NCBI RefSeq assembly: GCF_000237865.1
Contig: NC_017459.1
Span: forward strand, 1,410,001-1,442,000
Direction of reading: 5' to 3'
DNA from: Haloquadratum walsbyi C23
Lineage (GTDB): Archaea > Halobacteriota > Halobacteria > Halobacteriales > Haloferacaceae
DNA length: 32,000 nucleotides
Shown: positions 7,083 to 14,832 of the stretch, piece by piece
Layout: every line of letters begins with the position of its first letter
Numbering within the stretch: the first letter of the stretch is position 1
Program-made: the position numbers and the translations under genes
The notes under the pieces: model-generated
Databases searched by the model: none
What the model was told of the DNA's origin: nothing
What the model saw: only the letters and a program-made list of their open reading frames with translations

Positions 7083-7343
7083 TCACTCTCTCCTCAACCA
7101 CTCATTTTTCACACCTTCTGGGGGAGGACTTTTCGAAATCACTGGTTCTCCTTCACCTGGAACCAATCGAAGTTCTCCGTCTTCGATATACACGTCTACG
7201 ACATCGGTATCGACCGGGTCGATTCCAAGTTGGACAAGATCTGTCCCTGTGAGTGCGATACCGATCCCTAATGGGGTACTATCCCTGCATCGGTTCTCTC
7301 GAGCTGATGTAACTGGCTCCTCTGGCTCTTCGTGTGGAGGCAT
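7083..7343 (-). CDS. small hypothetical protein, possibly AbrB/SpoVT-like
   Basis: 86 aa with an ATG start. LGIGIALTGTDLVQLGIDPVDTDVVDVYIEDGELRLVP resembles swapped-hairpin DNA-binding modules. The 3-prime end of the ORF reads through a weak copy of the hairpin element (7110-7138), so the true C-terminus is uncertain. Confidence 0.45.
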   Translation of the reverse strand: MPPHEEPEEPVTSARENRCRDSTPLGIGIALTGTDLVQLGIDPVDTDVVDVYIEDGELRLVPGEGEPVISKSPPPEGVKNEWLRRE

Positions 7344-7373
7344 TCTTGTTACGAGTTGAGATACACCATAACC

Positions 7374-7766
7374 TCATTTTCTTCCTTCGAGCCGACCTGA
7401 TTTCTGGAATTCAGCACGCCGCTCAGCGCTCCGCTTCGCCGCGATGTCTCGCGTCCGCTTCTCCCGACCTTCCTGCGTCCCCAGCTCTGCCTGGGCACTG
7501 ATGCGCTCCAACTCAGCCTCTCGCGCCCGAATGCGCTCTTCCTGTTCGAGGGTCGCACCGTAGATCCGCTCGTCACTGGTATCGACCATCCCGTCTGGGT
7601 GGTTCGCATCGACCTTCGCCTGCACCTCCATCTGCACCGTCGCCTGGAACTTCAGCGTCTCATCGACGACCTCGAAGCCGTCTTCGTCGACCGCCGCTTC
7701 GTCCGCCTTTTCGAATGCCTGTTCATCGACCGAAACTACATTATCAAAGACGTTCTTATTTGGCAT
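7374..7766 (-). CDS. hypothetical protein (130 aa), acidic N-terminal half and Arg/Glu-rich helical C-terminus
   Basis: ATG start at 7766. The composition is typical of a real haloarchaeal protein. No family was recognised. Confidence 0.55.
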   Translation of the reverse strand: MPNKNVFDNVVSVDEQAFEKADEAAVDEDGFEVVDETLKFQATVQMEVQAKVDANHPDGMVDTSDERIYGATLEQEERIRAREAELERISAQAELGTQEGREKRTRDIAAKRSAERRAEFQKSGRLEGRK

Positions 7767-8180
7767 CGGAACTCAACCTAGTTCCGAAGGCGCTCACGCG
7801 CCCGACACCGCGGTGCTCCTACATCGCGGTTCTTCGACGACATCGACCGACAGAAGCATTTGCGCGCTCTCGCTCGCGCCTTCGCGAGCGCCCCATGGGG
7901 AGGCCACCCAACCAGCACCGCGCGCCGACCCGCCTGGAGCGAGCGACGCGGAGGGCGGCAGCGGCGAGCGGGGCGGGCCGTAGAGAAACACCGTTCAACC
8001 ACTCTCGACGCTCAGTTACCCAGCCGACATCCTGGCGGACTCAGAAAGGGCGAGGCCGTCTCGGTCGTCCCCCGGCCCCGCAAGCACTGCAGGCACGAGG
8101 AGCGCAGCGGTGGTCGCGGGATGCCGAGCGACCGAGGGCTTTTATCTGTTGTGCCTACGTCCTCGACAGAGCCTGGTCTG

Positions 8181-8230
8181 TGTTGCAAAATGCCGAATTG
8201 ATTTATACATTAGTTCGCTAATATGCAACA
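8181..8230. promoter_or_regulatory. inverted repeat TGTTGCA-N36-TGCAACA flanking a TTTATA box
   Basis: TGTTGCA at 8181-8187, TTTATA at 8202-8207 and TGCAACA at 8224-8230. ATG 8233 lies about 28 nt from the TATA centre, which is leaderless geometry. Confidence 0.4.
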
Positions 8231-8232
8231 GT

Positions 8233-8961
8233 ATGCTCACAGAAGCTGAGGTTCGCGCCCTTACAGCCCTCCACGGTGAGCAGACGGTCTCTGACCTTGC
8301 AACGAATCTCGATCGGAGTCTCAGCTACACGTCAGAACTCGTCGAGCGGCTCGAAACGGCTGGCCTCGTCGAGACACGTCGACAGGGGAAAACAAAGCGG
8401 ATTCGACTGTCGGACGCAAAGGCCCTCGAGTTACTCACGAAACTCACACAACAGTATTCACACATCGACTGGCCGGAGCTGTTGTCAGGGGCTGCCCTCC
8501 GTGTGTGCTACTACCTCGACACCCCGCGGACCCCGACCAAACTCGCACGCCGCGCCGACGTCCACCGAAGTACCGTCCACCGTGCGCTAGCCCCGCTTCA
8601 GCATCGCGGAATCGTCTACCAAACTGACGACGGGGCGTACACACTGAACGATGGCTTCGAACCGCTGAGCGTATTCGCTCGTGAGCTTGCCCATCACGTC
8701 CACCGCCAGACTGTCGAAGCACAGACCGACACGTACTCGATTCTGTGGGAATCGCTTGACGAGTTCCTTGTACAGATGCCGACTGAGATCGACAACGAAC
8801 ACTTCATCCCGACAGGCCCAGACCAGTTCCAGCGATACAGAGCCGGAAGTCGTGAAAGAGAAAGGCGAGCCTGTCGAGCAGTATCCGCCGCCCGGCGAAG
8901 GCTGGTAGTCATCTCAACCTGGGAATATCTGGGGCGAAGCGCCCCCGGTCAGTGTCGGTAA
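8233..8961 (+). CDS. transcriptional regulator with two winged-helix-like modules; C-terminus suspect
   Basis: The track ORF starts at GTG 8110 inside GC-rich non-coding-looking sequence. ATG 8233 gives MLTEAEVRALTALHGEQTVSDLATNLDRSLSYTSELVERLETAGLVE.... A second HTH-like segment is PTKLARRADVHRSTVHRALAPLQHRGIV. The last ~45 aa are Arg-rich and overlap the convergent Bax1 gene. Confidence 0.65.
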   Translation: MLTEAEVRALTALHGEQTVSDLATNLDRSLSYTSELVERLETAGLVETRRQGKTKRIRLSDAKALELLTKLTQQYSHIDWPELLSGAALRVCYYLDTPRTPTKLARRADVHRSTVHRALAPLQHRGIVYQTDDGAYTLNDGFEPLSVFARELAHHVHRQTVEAQTDTYSILWESLDEFLVQMPTEIDNEHFIPTGPDQFQRYRAGSRERERRACRAVSAARRRLVVISTWEYLGRSAPGQCR

Positions 8962-10310
8962 TCAGGGGCGCGTCCGTCGACAGCGTACTCCTCAGCCAAC
9001 TCCACGACATCATAGACGTGAATCCCTGATTTGAACCACAGCACACGGTCATCCATCCCCTCAAAGTCATCCGACGAGCAATCCAATCGCTCAGATACGG
9101 CGACGATGAGATTATCACGGTCGGCGTCTCGTATTTTCGCCAGCTTCTTATCAAGATATTCGGGCGTCCAGAACCCGACGATCTCGAACACTACCCGCCG
9201 TCCATCTGGGTGTTCGATAGCGAAATCGGGAAGCATTACCTCCGCACCCAAGTCCAGCACATCATCCTCTCGGACGAGTTTCCAGTCCGTATTCATTCGC
9301 TCCCACTTCTGAGCAAGCGTTCGTTCGACATCAGAGTCGAACTCGCCTTGAGCCGAGTAGTGCGAAGACAATCCACTGGAGGAGTCAAGCTCAAACGAGA
9401 GTGTCCGACCTGCGGATCCGCTTTCATCGTTGAGAATATCCGCCTCCATTTTCCAGCGATCACACAACGGGAGTGCAGGCAGGAAGTTTGCCATCCGTAT
9501 CCCGTACTTCCGTGATTTCGAGAAGAGAGACGCTGCTCCGTCTAGAATCGCCTCATACCCGTCAGCAACGTCTGTACTGGGGACACGATTACCGTCGCTA
9601 TCGATTGGATAGATACGGTGCATCAAGCCGAATAGCTTGACATAGCTAAAAACAGTCGCAAATGAGTCCCAAACCCGTATCCGCATCTCGGTTGCATCGT
9701 AGAGTTCCGCCTGTGCCAGAGCCAGATTGTATCGCGTGAGAAGCCAGTCAACTGTGATGGTATCCTCAGCGTAGGACTCCTCACTATCACCCGTGAGTCG
9801 CGTTGTTGTTGATGACTCATCAGCCCCCTCGTATTTATCGGAAACACGGTGTCCAAAGCGGACGAGTCGCTTGTTCTCCTCCAAGTCCGCATACATCCCC
9901 CGATAGCACTCTTCAAGCGAGATACCCAGTCGATCAGCAACGGTACTGTATATCCACACGGATTGGGTATCCTCTCCCAACGTTGGTTGACGGACAATCG
10001 GGTGATTCCTGTTCGCAACTTCGAAAAGCTCCTGTCGAATCTCCCGTGAGTCAACTGGAGCAACCGTCTCAAACTCACATTCATCTTTCAGTAGCTTCGC
10101 CAGCCCTTGGACGATTTTGTAGTCGGTATCCGAAACCGTGAGCTGGTCAATTGTGTCTTCCAACTCTCCTTTCGATTCGCCGAGATGCTCCTCAAAAATC
10201 TGGATGAGCTCCGCCGCTGTCTCTCGATACTGTTGCTCGTCAGTATCGATGAGCAACGGAGTAATGCTATTCTCGTCCGTGCGTGAGCGTGCAAGGTCAG
10301 CTGTTAGCAT
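8949..10310 (-). CDS. bax1: Bax1-like nuclease (DUF790 family), partner of XPB
   Basis: 453 aa with an ATG start. It begins 14 nt before the stop of the upstream XPB gene. Size, N-terminus (MLTADLARSR...ITPLLID) and position downstream of XPB match the archaeal XPB-Bax1 operon. The family call is from memory and was not searched. Confidence 0.75.
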   Translation of the reverse strand: MLTADLARSRTDENSITPLLIDTDEQQYRETAAELIQIFEEHLGESKGELEDTIDQLTVSDTDYKIVQGLAKLLKDECEFETVAPVDSREIRQELFEVANRNHPIVRQPTLGEDTQSVWIYSTVADRLGISLEECYRGMYADLEENKRLVRFGHRVSDKYEGADESSTTTRLTGDSEESYAEDTITVDWLLTRYNLALAQAELYDATEMRIRVWDSFATVFSYVKLFGLMHRIYPIDSDGNRVPSTDVADGYEAILDGAASLFSKSRKYGIRMANFLPALPLCDRWKMEADILNDESGSAGRTLSFELDSSSGLSSHYSAQGEFDSDVERTLAQKWERMNTDWKLVREDDVLDLGAEVMLPDFAIEHPDGRRVVFEIVGFWTPEYLDKKLAKIRDADRDNLIVAVSERLDCSSDDFEGMDDRVLWFKSGIHVYDVVELAEEYAVDGRAPDYRH

Positions 10311-11706
10311 CTGAAGTCACCCCCTGCCGACGTTGTTCGGAAACGTAGGTCTCCATTGTGTCTTCGGCGATGATCTCGTAGAGACGAGCGGGTTGTCGGT
10401 CGTCTGTTGGACGGAGAATTCGCCCTAATCGTTGTGCATACTGGCGTTTCGACGCACTCCCTGAGAGAATAATCCCAACGTTCGCCGCAGGCACGTCGAT
10501 TCCCTCATCAAGCACCTGTGAGGTAGCGAGCATCGAGTACTCCCCTGTCCGAAACCGCTCCAGAATTTCTGTTCGTTCGTCAGTCTCAGTCTGGTGTGTG
10601 ATACACGGGACGACGAACTCTTGAGAGATGTCGTATGCGAACTCGTTGTTGGCGGTGAAAATAATAGTGCGGTCGTCATAATGTCGTTTCAGGAGGGTAT
10701 CGAGCGTGTCAAGTTTCTTTTCAGCAGTACGAGCGATGGTTTCCGCTCGTTGCTTGGCGATGAGAGCCCGTCTCCCCTGTGGGTCATACGAAGTCCGCTT
10801 GAGGAACTCAGCATACCCGTTTTCTTTCCAGAGGTCAAAATCGTGGCTGTCAACATAGTCACGGTAAATCCCGTATTCTTCATCGTATTGTTCCCGTTCG
10901 TCTCCTGTTAACTCTACCCCGAGATGGATGGTTTCGTACTCGCTGAGGTACTCGCCAGCAAGTTCGTTAACCTCCTCTCGGTAGACGACCGTGCCCAGAA
11001 GCTCCTTCAATGTCTTGTGTTTGCCGTCAGCACGCTCATAGGTGGCTGTGAGTCCGAGTCGATACGGGGAGATCGTCATTTCAGGAATCTGCTGGTAGGT
11101 TGGAGCTGGCAGATGGTGTACTTCGTCGACAACAAGAAGTCCAAACTTGTCGCCGTATTCGTTGATGTAGCGGTAGGCGGAGTCATAGGTCGTAACCGTG
11201 ATGTTTGTGATATTGTGACTTCCGCCACCAAGAACACCGACCCCATCAGGGAGTTGCTCGCTGAACGCGTTAGTGAGCGTCGCGTGCCATTGGTTCATCA
11301 AGTCGATCGTCGGAACGACGACCAGCGTACTCACACCTGCATCAGCAATCGCTTGGACAGCAAGGAACGTCTTTCCGCTTCCAGTCGGGAGAACAACGCT
11401 TCCCTGGCGGTCGTTGTCCTGCCACGCCGAAAGAGCCTCCTGCTGATAATCTCGCGGTTCGATAGCAACCGAGGGAGTGAAGTGAAACTCGGAGTACGCA
11501 CGGGCATCATCTTCGAACTCAGCTATGGTCGCTGTGGATTGGGTGAGAGTGGCTTGTTCGTCGGGGTCAGCCAGCCAATCACAGATATCGCGATAGTGTT
11601 GTGCCCGTGCCCGATACTCTTCAACACGGTCATCCCACTCAGCATATGGCACAGTATCAGGGGCGTCTTCAAGAAGAAGCGTGCCGTCATCAAAGGCGAG
11701 ACGCAT
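10297..11706 (-). CDS. xpb: XPB/Rad25-type superfamily 2 DNA helicase
   Basis: 469 aa. N-terminal MRLAFDDGTLLLED, Walker A LPTGSGKT, motif II DEVHH, LGLTATYERADG (RED-like motif position of XPB), TSQVLDEGIDVP, and motif VI QRLGRILR. Confidence 0.9.
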   Translation of the reverse strand: MRLAFDDGTLLLEDAPDTVPYAEWDDRVEEYRARAQHYRDICDWLADPDEQATLTQSTATIAEFEDDARAYSEFHFTPSVAIEPRDYQQEALSAWQDNDRQGSVVLPTGSGKTFLAVQAIADAGVSTLVVVPTIDLMNQWHATLTNAFSEQLPDGVGVLGGGSHNITNITVTTYDSAYRYINEYGDKFGLLVVDEVHHLPAPTYQQIPEMTISPYRLGLTATYERADGKHKTLKELLGTVVYREEVNELAGEYLSEYETIHLGVELTGDEREQYDEEYGIYRDYVDSHDFDLWKENGYAEFLKRTSYDPQGRRALIAKQRAETIARTAEKKLDTLDTLLKRHYDDRTIIFTANNEFAYDISQEFVVPCITHQTETDERTEILERFRTGEYSMLATSQVLDEGIDVPAANVGIILSGSASKRQYAQRLGRILRPTDDRQPARLYEIIAEDTMETYVSEQRRQGVTSDANS

Positions 11707-11770
11707 TCAACCCTGTCTATGCGGGTAGGATACTTGTCTGTGCTGGAGCAAACACCTCATGAGGGACGCA

Positions 11771-12142
11771 CTACGTCGAGAGGTCATCAGCCATTGAGCG
11801 AAGTTCACTCTTGCTCGGTTGACTTCCGATCTCGACGGTCTCATCCCCATCCCCATCCCCAGCCCAGAACCGAAACTGCTGATGATCAACATCGAAATGA
11901 AGTCCACAGGAGATATCGGGATCTGCCTGCTCGTATGCGGATTTATTCACAGCCTCCCCCGCTTGAAGGGTTTCAAGAAGATACTCGGCGACGTGGGGAC
12001 GTTGCTTCATCGCCAAGATGTGGTCGGTTGCGACGTGTTTGAGTACTTCCTCACCCGTGCTGTATCTATTGCCGACAAGATAGAACTCACCGCTGAAATT
12101 GTATGATTCGACTCGGATGCTGAGCGAATATGTATTGCTCAT
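11771..12142 (-). CDS. hypothetical protein (123 aa) at the head of the XPB-Bax1 transcription unit
   Basis: ATG start, 64-nt gap to XPB, same strand. No family was recognised. Confidence 0.55.
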   Translation of the reverse strand: MSNTYSLSIRVESYNFSGEFYLVGNRYSTGEEVLKHVATDHILAMKQRPHVAEYLLETLQAGEAVNKSAYEQADPDISCGLHFDVDHQQFRFWAGDGDGDETVEIGSQPSKSELRSMADDLST

Positions 12143-12547
12143 ATGCTATCATCATCGTTTCACATTATAAATATGCTCTTGCGTAGACCATTGTTGGTGG
12201 CGAGCTGTCGGGCGATCTTGTTGTAGTTCCACACGGTGTCTGGACTTACCAGAACAGGAGTGAGACAGGGTGAAAGAATCGATTTCCCGAATTCACTCAG
12301 TCCGGAGAGTTCTTACCAACAATGTACTTCATAAGAGCGTTACAAGTATTACGCCCACGTTTGTTGTGACATACCTCAGGGGCAAGCCCCGAGGCTTCCC
12401 TGTTGAGACCGCACTACATCAGCAAGGGAATTTCATTTCTCCTGAGCTTTTCCATGAGGAACCGGCTGGAAGTAACACCCGAACACACCACAGCGCCCCT
12501 AAAAGCCAGTCACTCCAGCATAACCCGTATAGCTGCAAAAAGCCCAC

Positions 12548-12621
12548 ATTAACCAACAAACTGGTCCGTCTGTTGCTATCTGTTGGTTAATCATGGTGAG
12601 CTGTTGGTTAATCATGGTGAG
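12548..12621. repeat. inverted repeat ATTAACCAACAAA ... TGTTGGTTAA (locus 2) with a perfect 21-bp tandem duplication
   Basis: ATTAACCAACAAA at 12548-12560. CTGTTGGTTAATCATGGTGAG at 12580-12600 is repeated exactly at 12601-12621. A degenerate CTGTTGCTATC lies at 12570-12580. Confidence 0.85.
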
Positions 12622-12672
12622 CTCAATCGCGCACGCCCGCATGTTTTTGTCTCGCAGTATTGAATTACCAGT

Positions 12673-13656
12673 ATGCCATTTCGAGTGACGTGGAGCAATC
12701 TCCTCGACAACGTGGAGGAACTTCCAGCAGACGCCACACTCCTTACTCCGGTTTCTCAGAAGCCGTTTCAGATTACCGACGTCCAGCAACATCGAATGCT
12801 GATCGAGTATCGGACCGGCAGTGAGACTGTGCCGCTCCAGCGAGAGCAATTCGAGACGTTGTTCCAGCGCGTTGACGATGCGGCTGGAGCGTTCGATCTC
12901 GATCGCCTCCCACCTGGAGCTGAACCGTATGCAACCGTCGCGAGTCTTCATCCGCGATTCACGATCGACGACCGGGACGGCACGCTCTCCAAAAGCGAGA
13001 CGCCAACAGCGTCGCCACTTGTCGATGCACACACGGTCGAACACAACGATACCTCACGAGAAGAGCCCGATATCTCGGTGTACGCAGACTCACTTCTGTT
13101 GATCGACGCGCTCGAGCAGCACGATGTAACGTCACTCACCGACCTGGAGATGCCGACGCTTGTGAACCTCTACACGCTGCTGTCAGACGTCCAGCGCAAC
13201 GCCAACGACCTTCGACAAGACGTTCGTGGCGTCTTGCTCGACCGTCTCCACCACGATCAGCCTGTCAGCGGACAGTACGGCTCCGTCCAACGGACTGCCC
13301 GTAAAAATCGGACACTCAAAGATGATGAGACGGTTCTTGAGCGATTGGAGGCGCAAGGAATTGCCCCTGAGCGTATCATGAGCATCGATGCAAGCAAAGT
13401 TGATGACGCATTGGAAGTGACAGCACTCTCTGAATCCGATGTGTACGATATCGAGGAGAGCGAGTATGTACGGAAGGCAGATGTCGACGAAGAAATGAAA
13501 CAAACTCGTCTTCAAGGGCTCAAAGACCAGTTAGCTGGTGCCGACGAAGACACAACCGAGCTCCAAGCCGAAATCGAAGAGTTAGAGCAGCGTATTACCG
13601 AGCTCACCAGTTTTGACTCCGGAACCTCCTATCATACTCGCTCAACTGGTGGGTAG
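12673..13656 (+). CDS. hypothetical protein (327 aa) with C-terminal coiled coil
   Basis: ATG 12673 lies about 27 nt downstream of the T-run at 12644-12648. The composition is acidic. The C-terminal EMKQTRLQGLKDQLAGADEDTTELQAEIEELEQRITEL is coiled-coil-like. No family was recognised. Confidence 0.7.
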   Translation: MPFRVTWSNLLDNVEELPADATLLTPVSQKPFQITDVQQHRMLIEYRTGSETVPLQREQFETLFQRVDDAAGAFDLDRLPPGAEPYATVASLHPRFTIDDRDGTLSKSETPTASPLVDAHTVEHNDTSREEPDISVYADSLLLIDALEQHDVTSLTDLEMPTLVNLYTLLSDVQRNANDLRQDVRGVLLDRLHHDQPVSGQYGSVQRTARKNRTLKDDETVLERLEAQGIAPERIMSIDASKVDDALEVTALSESDVYDIEESEYVRKADVDEEMKQTRLQGLKDQLAGADEDTTELQAEIEELEQRITELTSFDSGTSYHTRSTGG

Positions 13657-14400
13657 CCAGCGCTGAGGAAGATACTGTCACATTTCGAGAGGCTCGTGAT
13701 TGACGATCGGCATCGCATAGGCGTAATTGTGCGCGTACAACAGGCCAAGACAGGTACTGTTGTAGAATTCGCAATCCAGGTAGACAGTCTTGACGCTTAA
13801 TGGCTTAGATAACCTTTGAAAACTAAGACGTAGCAAGAAAATAACAGACTAAGATAGCTGTGCACCAAGTGCACAGTGATTTGACAGCGTTTGAGGACTC
13901 TTCTCACTCTGCAAGAATTTTCTTCTTCTGACTTACCGGGCTCCAAAGTCAGCCGGAAGAAGTCTTGATGTAGCAATTCTCACCACTCAGATATAAACCA
14001 CACATTCACCATCTCACGCTCCCTGAGAATCACGAATAGAGACCACTTACCTCCAGAATTGAAAATTAATTTTCGAATCGCGTCGCGGTCATTACATCCA
14101 GAACGTCGAAGTCACTGTCACTGGAATAATTCGTTGGATTCGTTCGGTTGAACTCATCTCATTCGGTCGAGTCAGCCGTCGCCGAAAGCGATGGCTTTAG
14201 TCAGAATCGGTCGAAGCACGTCGATTGATCTGAATATCGCTTCACTCACCGCTTCAGCCCGATTAAAATCTCGCCTGATCGAATAGTTTTCGCTCAAGCA
14301 GCGAACCTAGTATGATATTCTAAAAGTCGCTCTCTGGAAGTTTATTAACTTAAAATATGATAACCATTATCTCTATTAGCTTTGAAACAGGTTTTAATAT

Positions 14401-14832
14401 ATGCCCATTGTGAGCTCTTCGATGACGGAGCGACTCCGGGACGATCTCGATACGTTTGCGGAAGAACATGGTTACACCGGACGAAGTGAGGTCATTCGCG
14501 AAGCGTGCCAGTCGCTACTTGAAGAGTATCAAGAAACAGACGACGAGGATCGGCGGGTATTGGCGACAGTTACGGCTGCTTTTGGATACGACGAACCGGA
14601 GATCGAACGCCGGATGATGGATATCCGCCACGAATTCGAAGCGTTAGTTCGGTCGAACTCTCACAACTGTCTCGAAGGCAACGCCGGCTGTGTCGAGACG
14701 TTCGTCATCGAAGCCGCACATAATGACGTCCTGCGTTTTATCGGGACCGTTCGAGGAGCAGACGAGTCAGTCTCGGTCGAATACACAGTTGTCCCTGTCG
14801 ATGCGATGAATGCCGAAACCAGCGATGAATAG
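14401..14832 (+). CDS. nikR: NikR-family (ribbon-helix-helix + metal-sensing domain) regulator, paralog 1
   Basis: N-terminal RHH segment VSSSMTERLRDDLDTFAEEHGYTGRSEVIREACQSLL. The C-terminal domain carries RHEFEALVRSNSHNCLEGNAGCVE. It is followed by cbiMNQO. Confidence 0.85.
   Translation: MPIVSSSMTERLRDDLDTFAEEHGYTGRSEVIREACQSLLEEYQETDDEDRRVLATVTAAFGYDEPEIERRMMDIRHEFEALVRSNSHNCLEGNAGCVETFVIEAAHNDVLRFIGTVRGADESVSVEYTVVPVDAMNAETSDE

Noticed and set aside
7715-8221. ORFs in the GC-rich spacer (7715-8221, 7860-8201, 7778-8002, 7794-7991) and the N-terminal extension of the regulator from GTG 8110
   Set aside because: The peptides are extremely Arg/Pro/Ala-rich and basic, which is implausible in an acidic halophile proteome. 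The regulator has a well-placed TATA box and ATG at 8233. I also considered SRP RNA or RNase P RNA for this segment, but I saw none of their conserved motifs and the location on accessory DNA argues against it.
10924-12042. 372-aa plus-strand ORF
   Set aside because: It runs antisense to the strongly supported XPB helicase gene. The translation is Arg/Ser/Val-rich and basic with no motifs. This is a typical shadow ORF of GC-rich DNA.
2597-12621. Integron-like cassette array with attC sites (same-orientation small ORFs separated by imperfect palindromes; CCAAC…GTTGG arms resembling RYYYAAC/GTTRRRY)
   Set aside because: The arms miss the consensus by at least one position each. The structures are shorter than typical attC sites, some pairs are in the wrong order, and no IntI-type integrase is in the window. 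The idea is kept only as a remote alternative inside findings 1 and 2.
12499-13044. 181-aa minus-strand ORF reading through the tandem repeat (…LTMINQQLTMINQQ…); also the idea that the 21-bp repeats are a mini CRISPR array
   Set aside because: The ORF overlaps the start of the better-supported plus-strand gene at 12673 and is basic and Cys/Trp-rich. The repeats are directly adjacent with no spacers and only two copies, so this is not a CRISPR array.
14310-14315. E. coli-type NikR box GTATGA-N16-TCATAC upstream of nikR1
   Set aside because: GTATGA is present, but there is no TCATAC partner at the right spacing. A single hexamer is not evidence.
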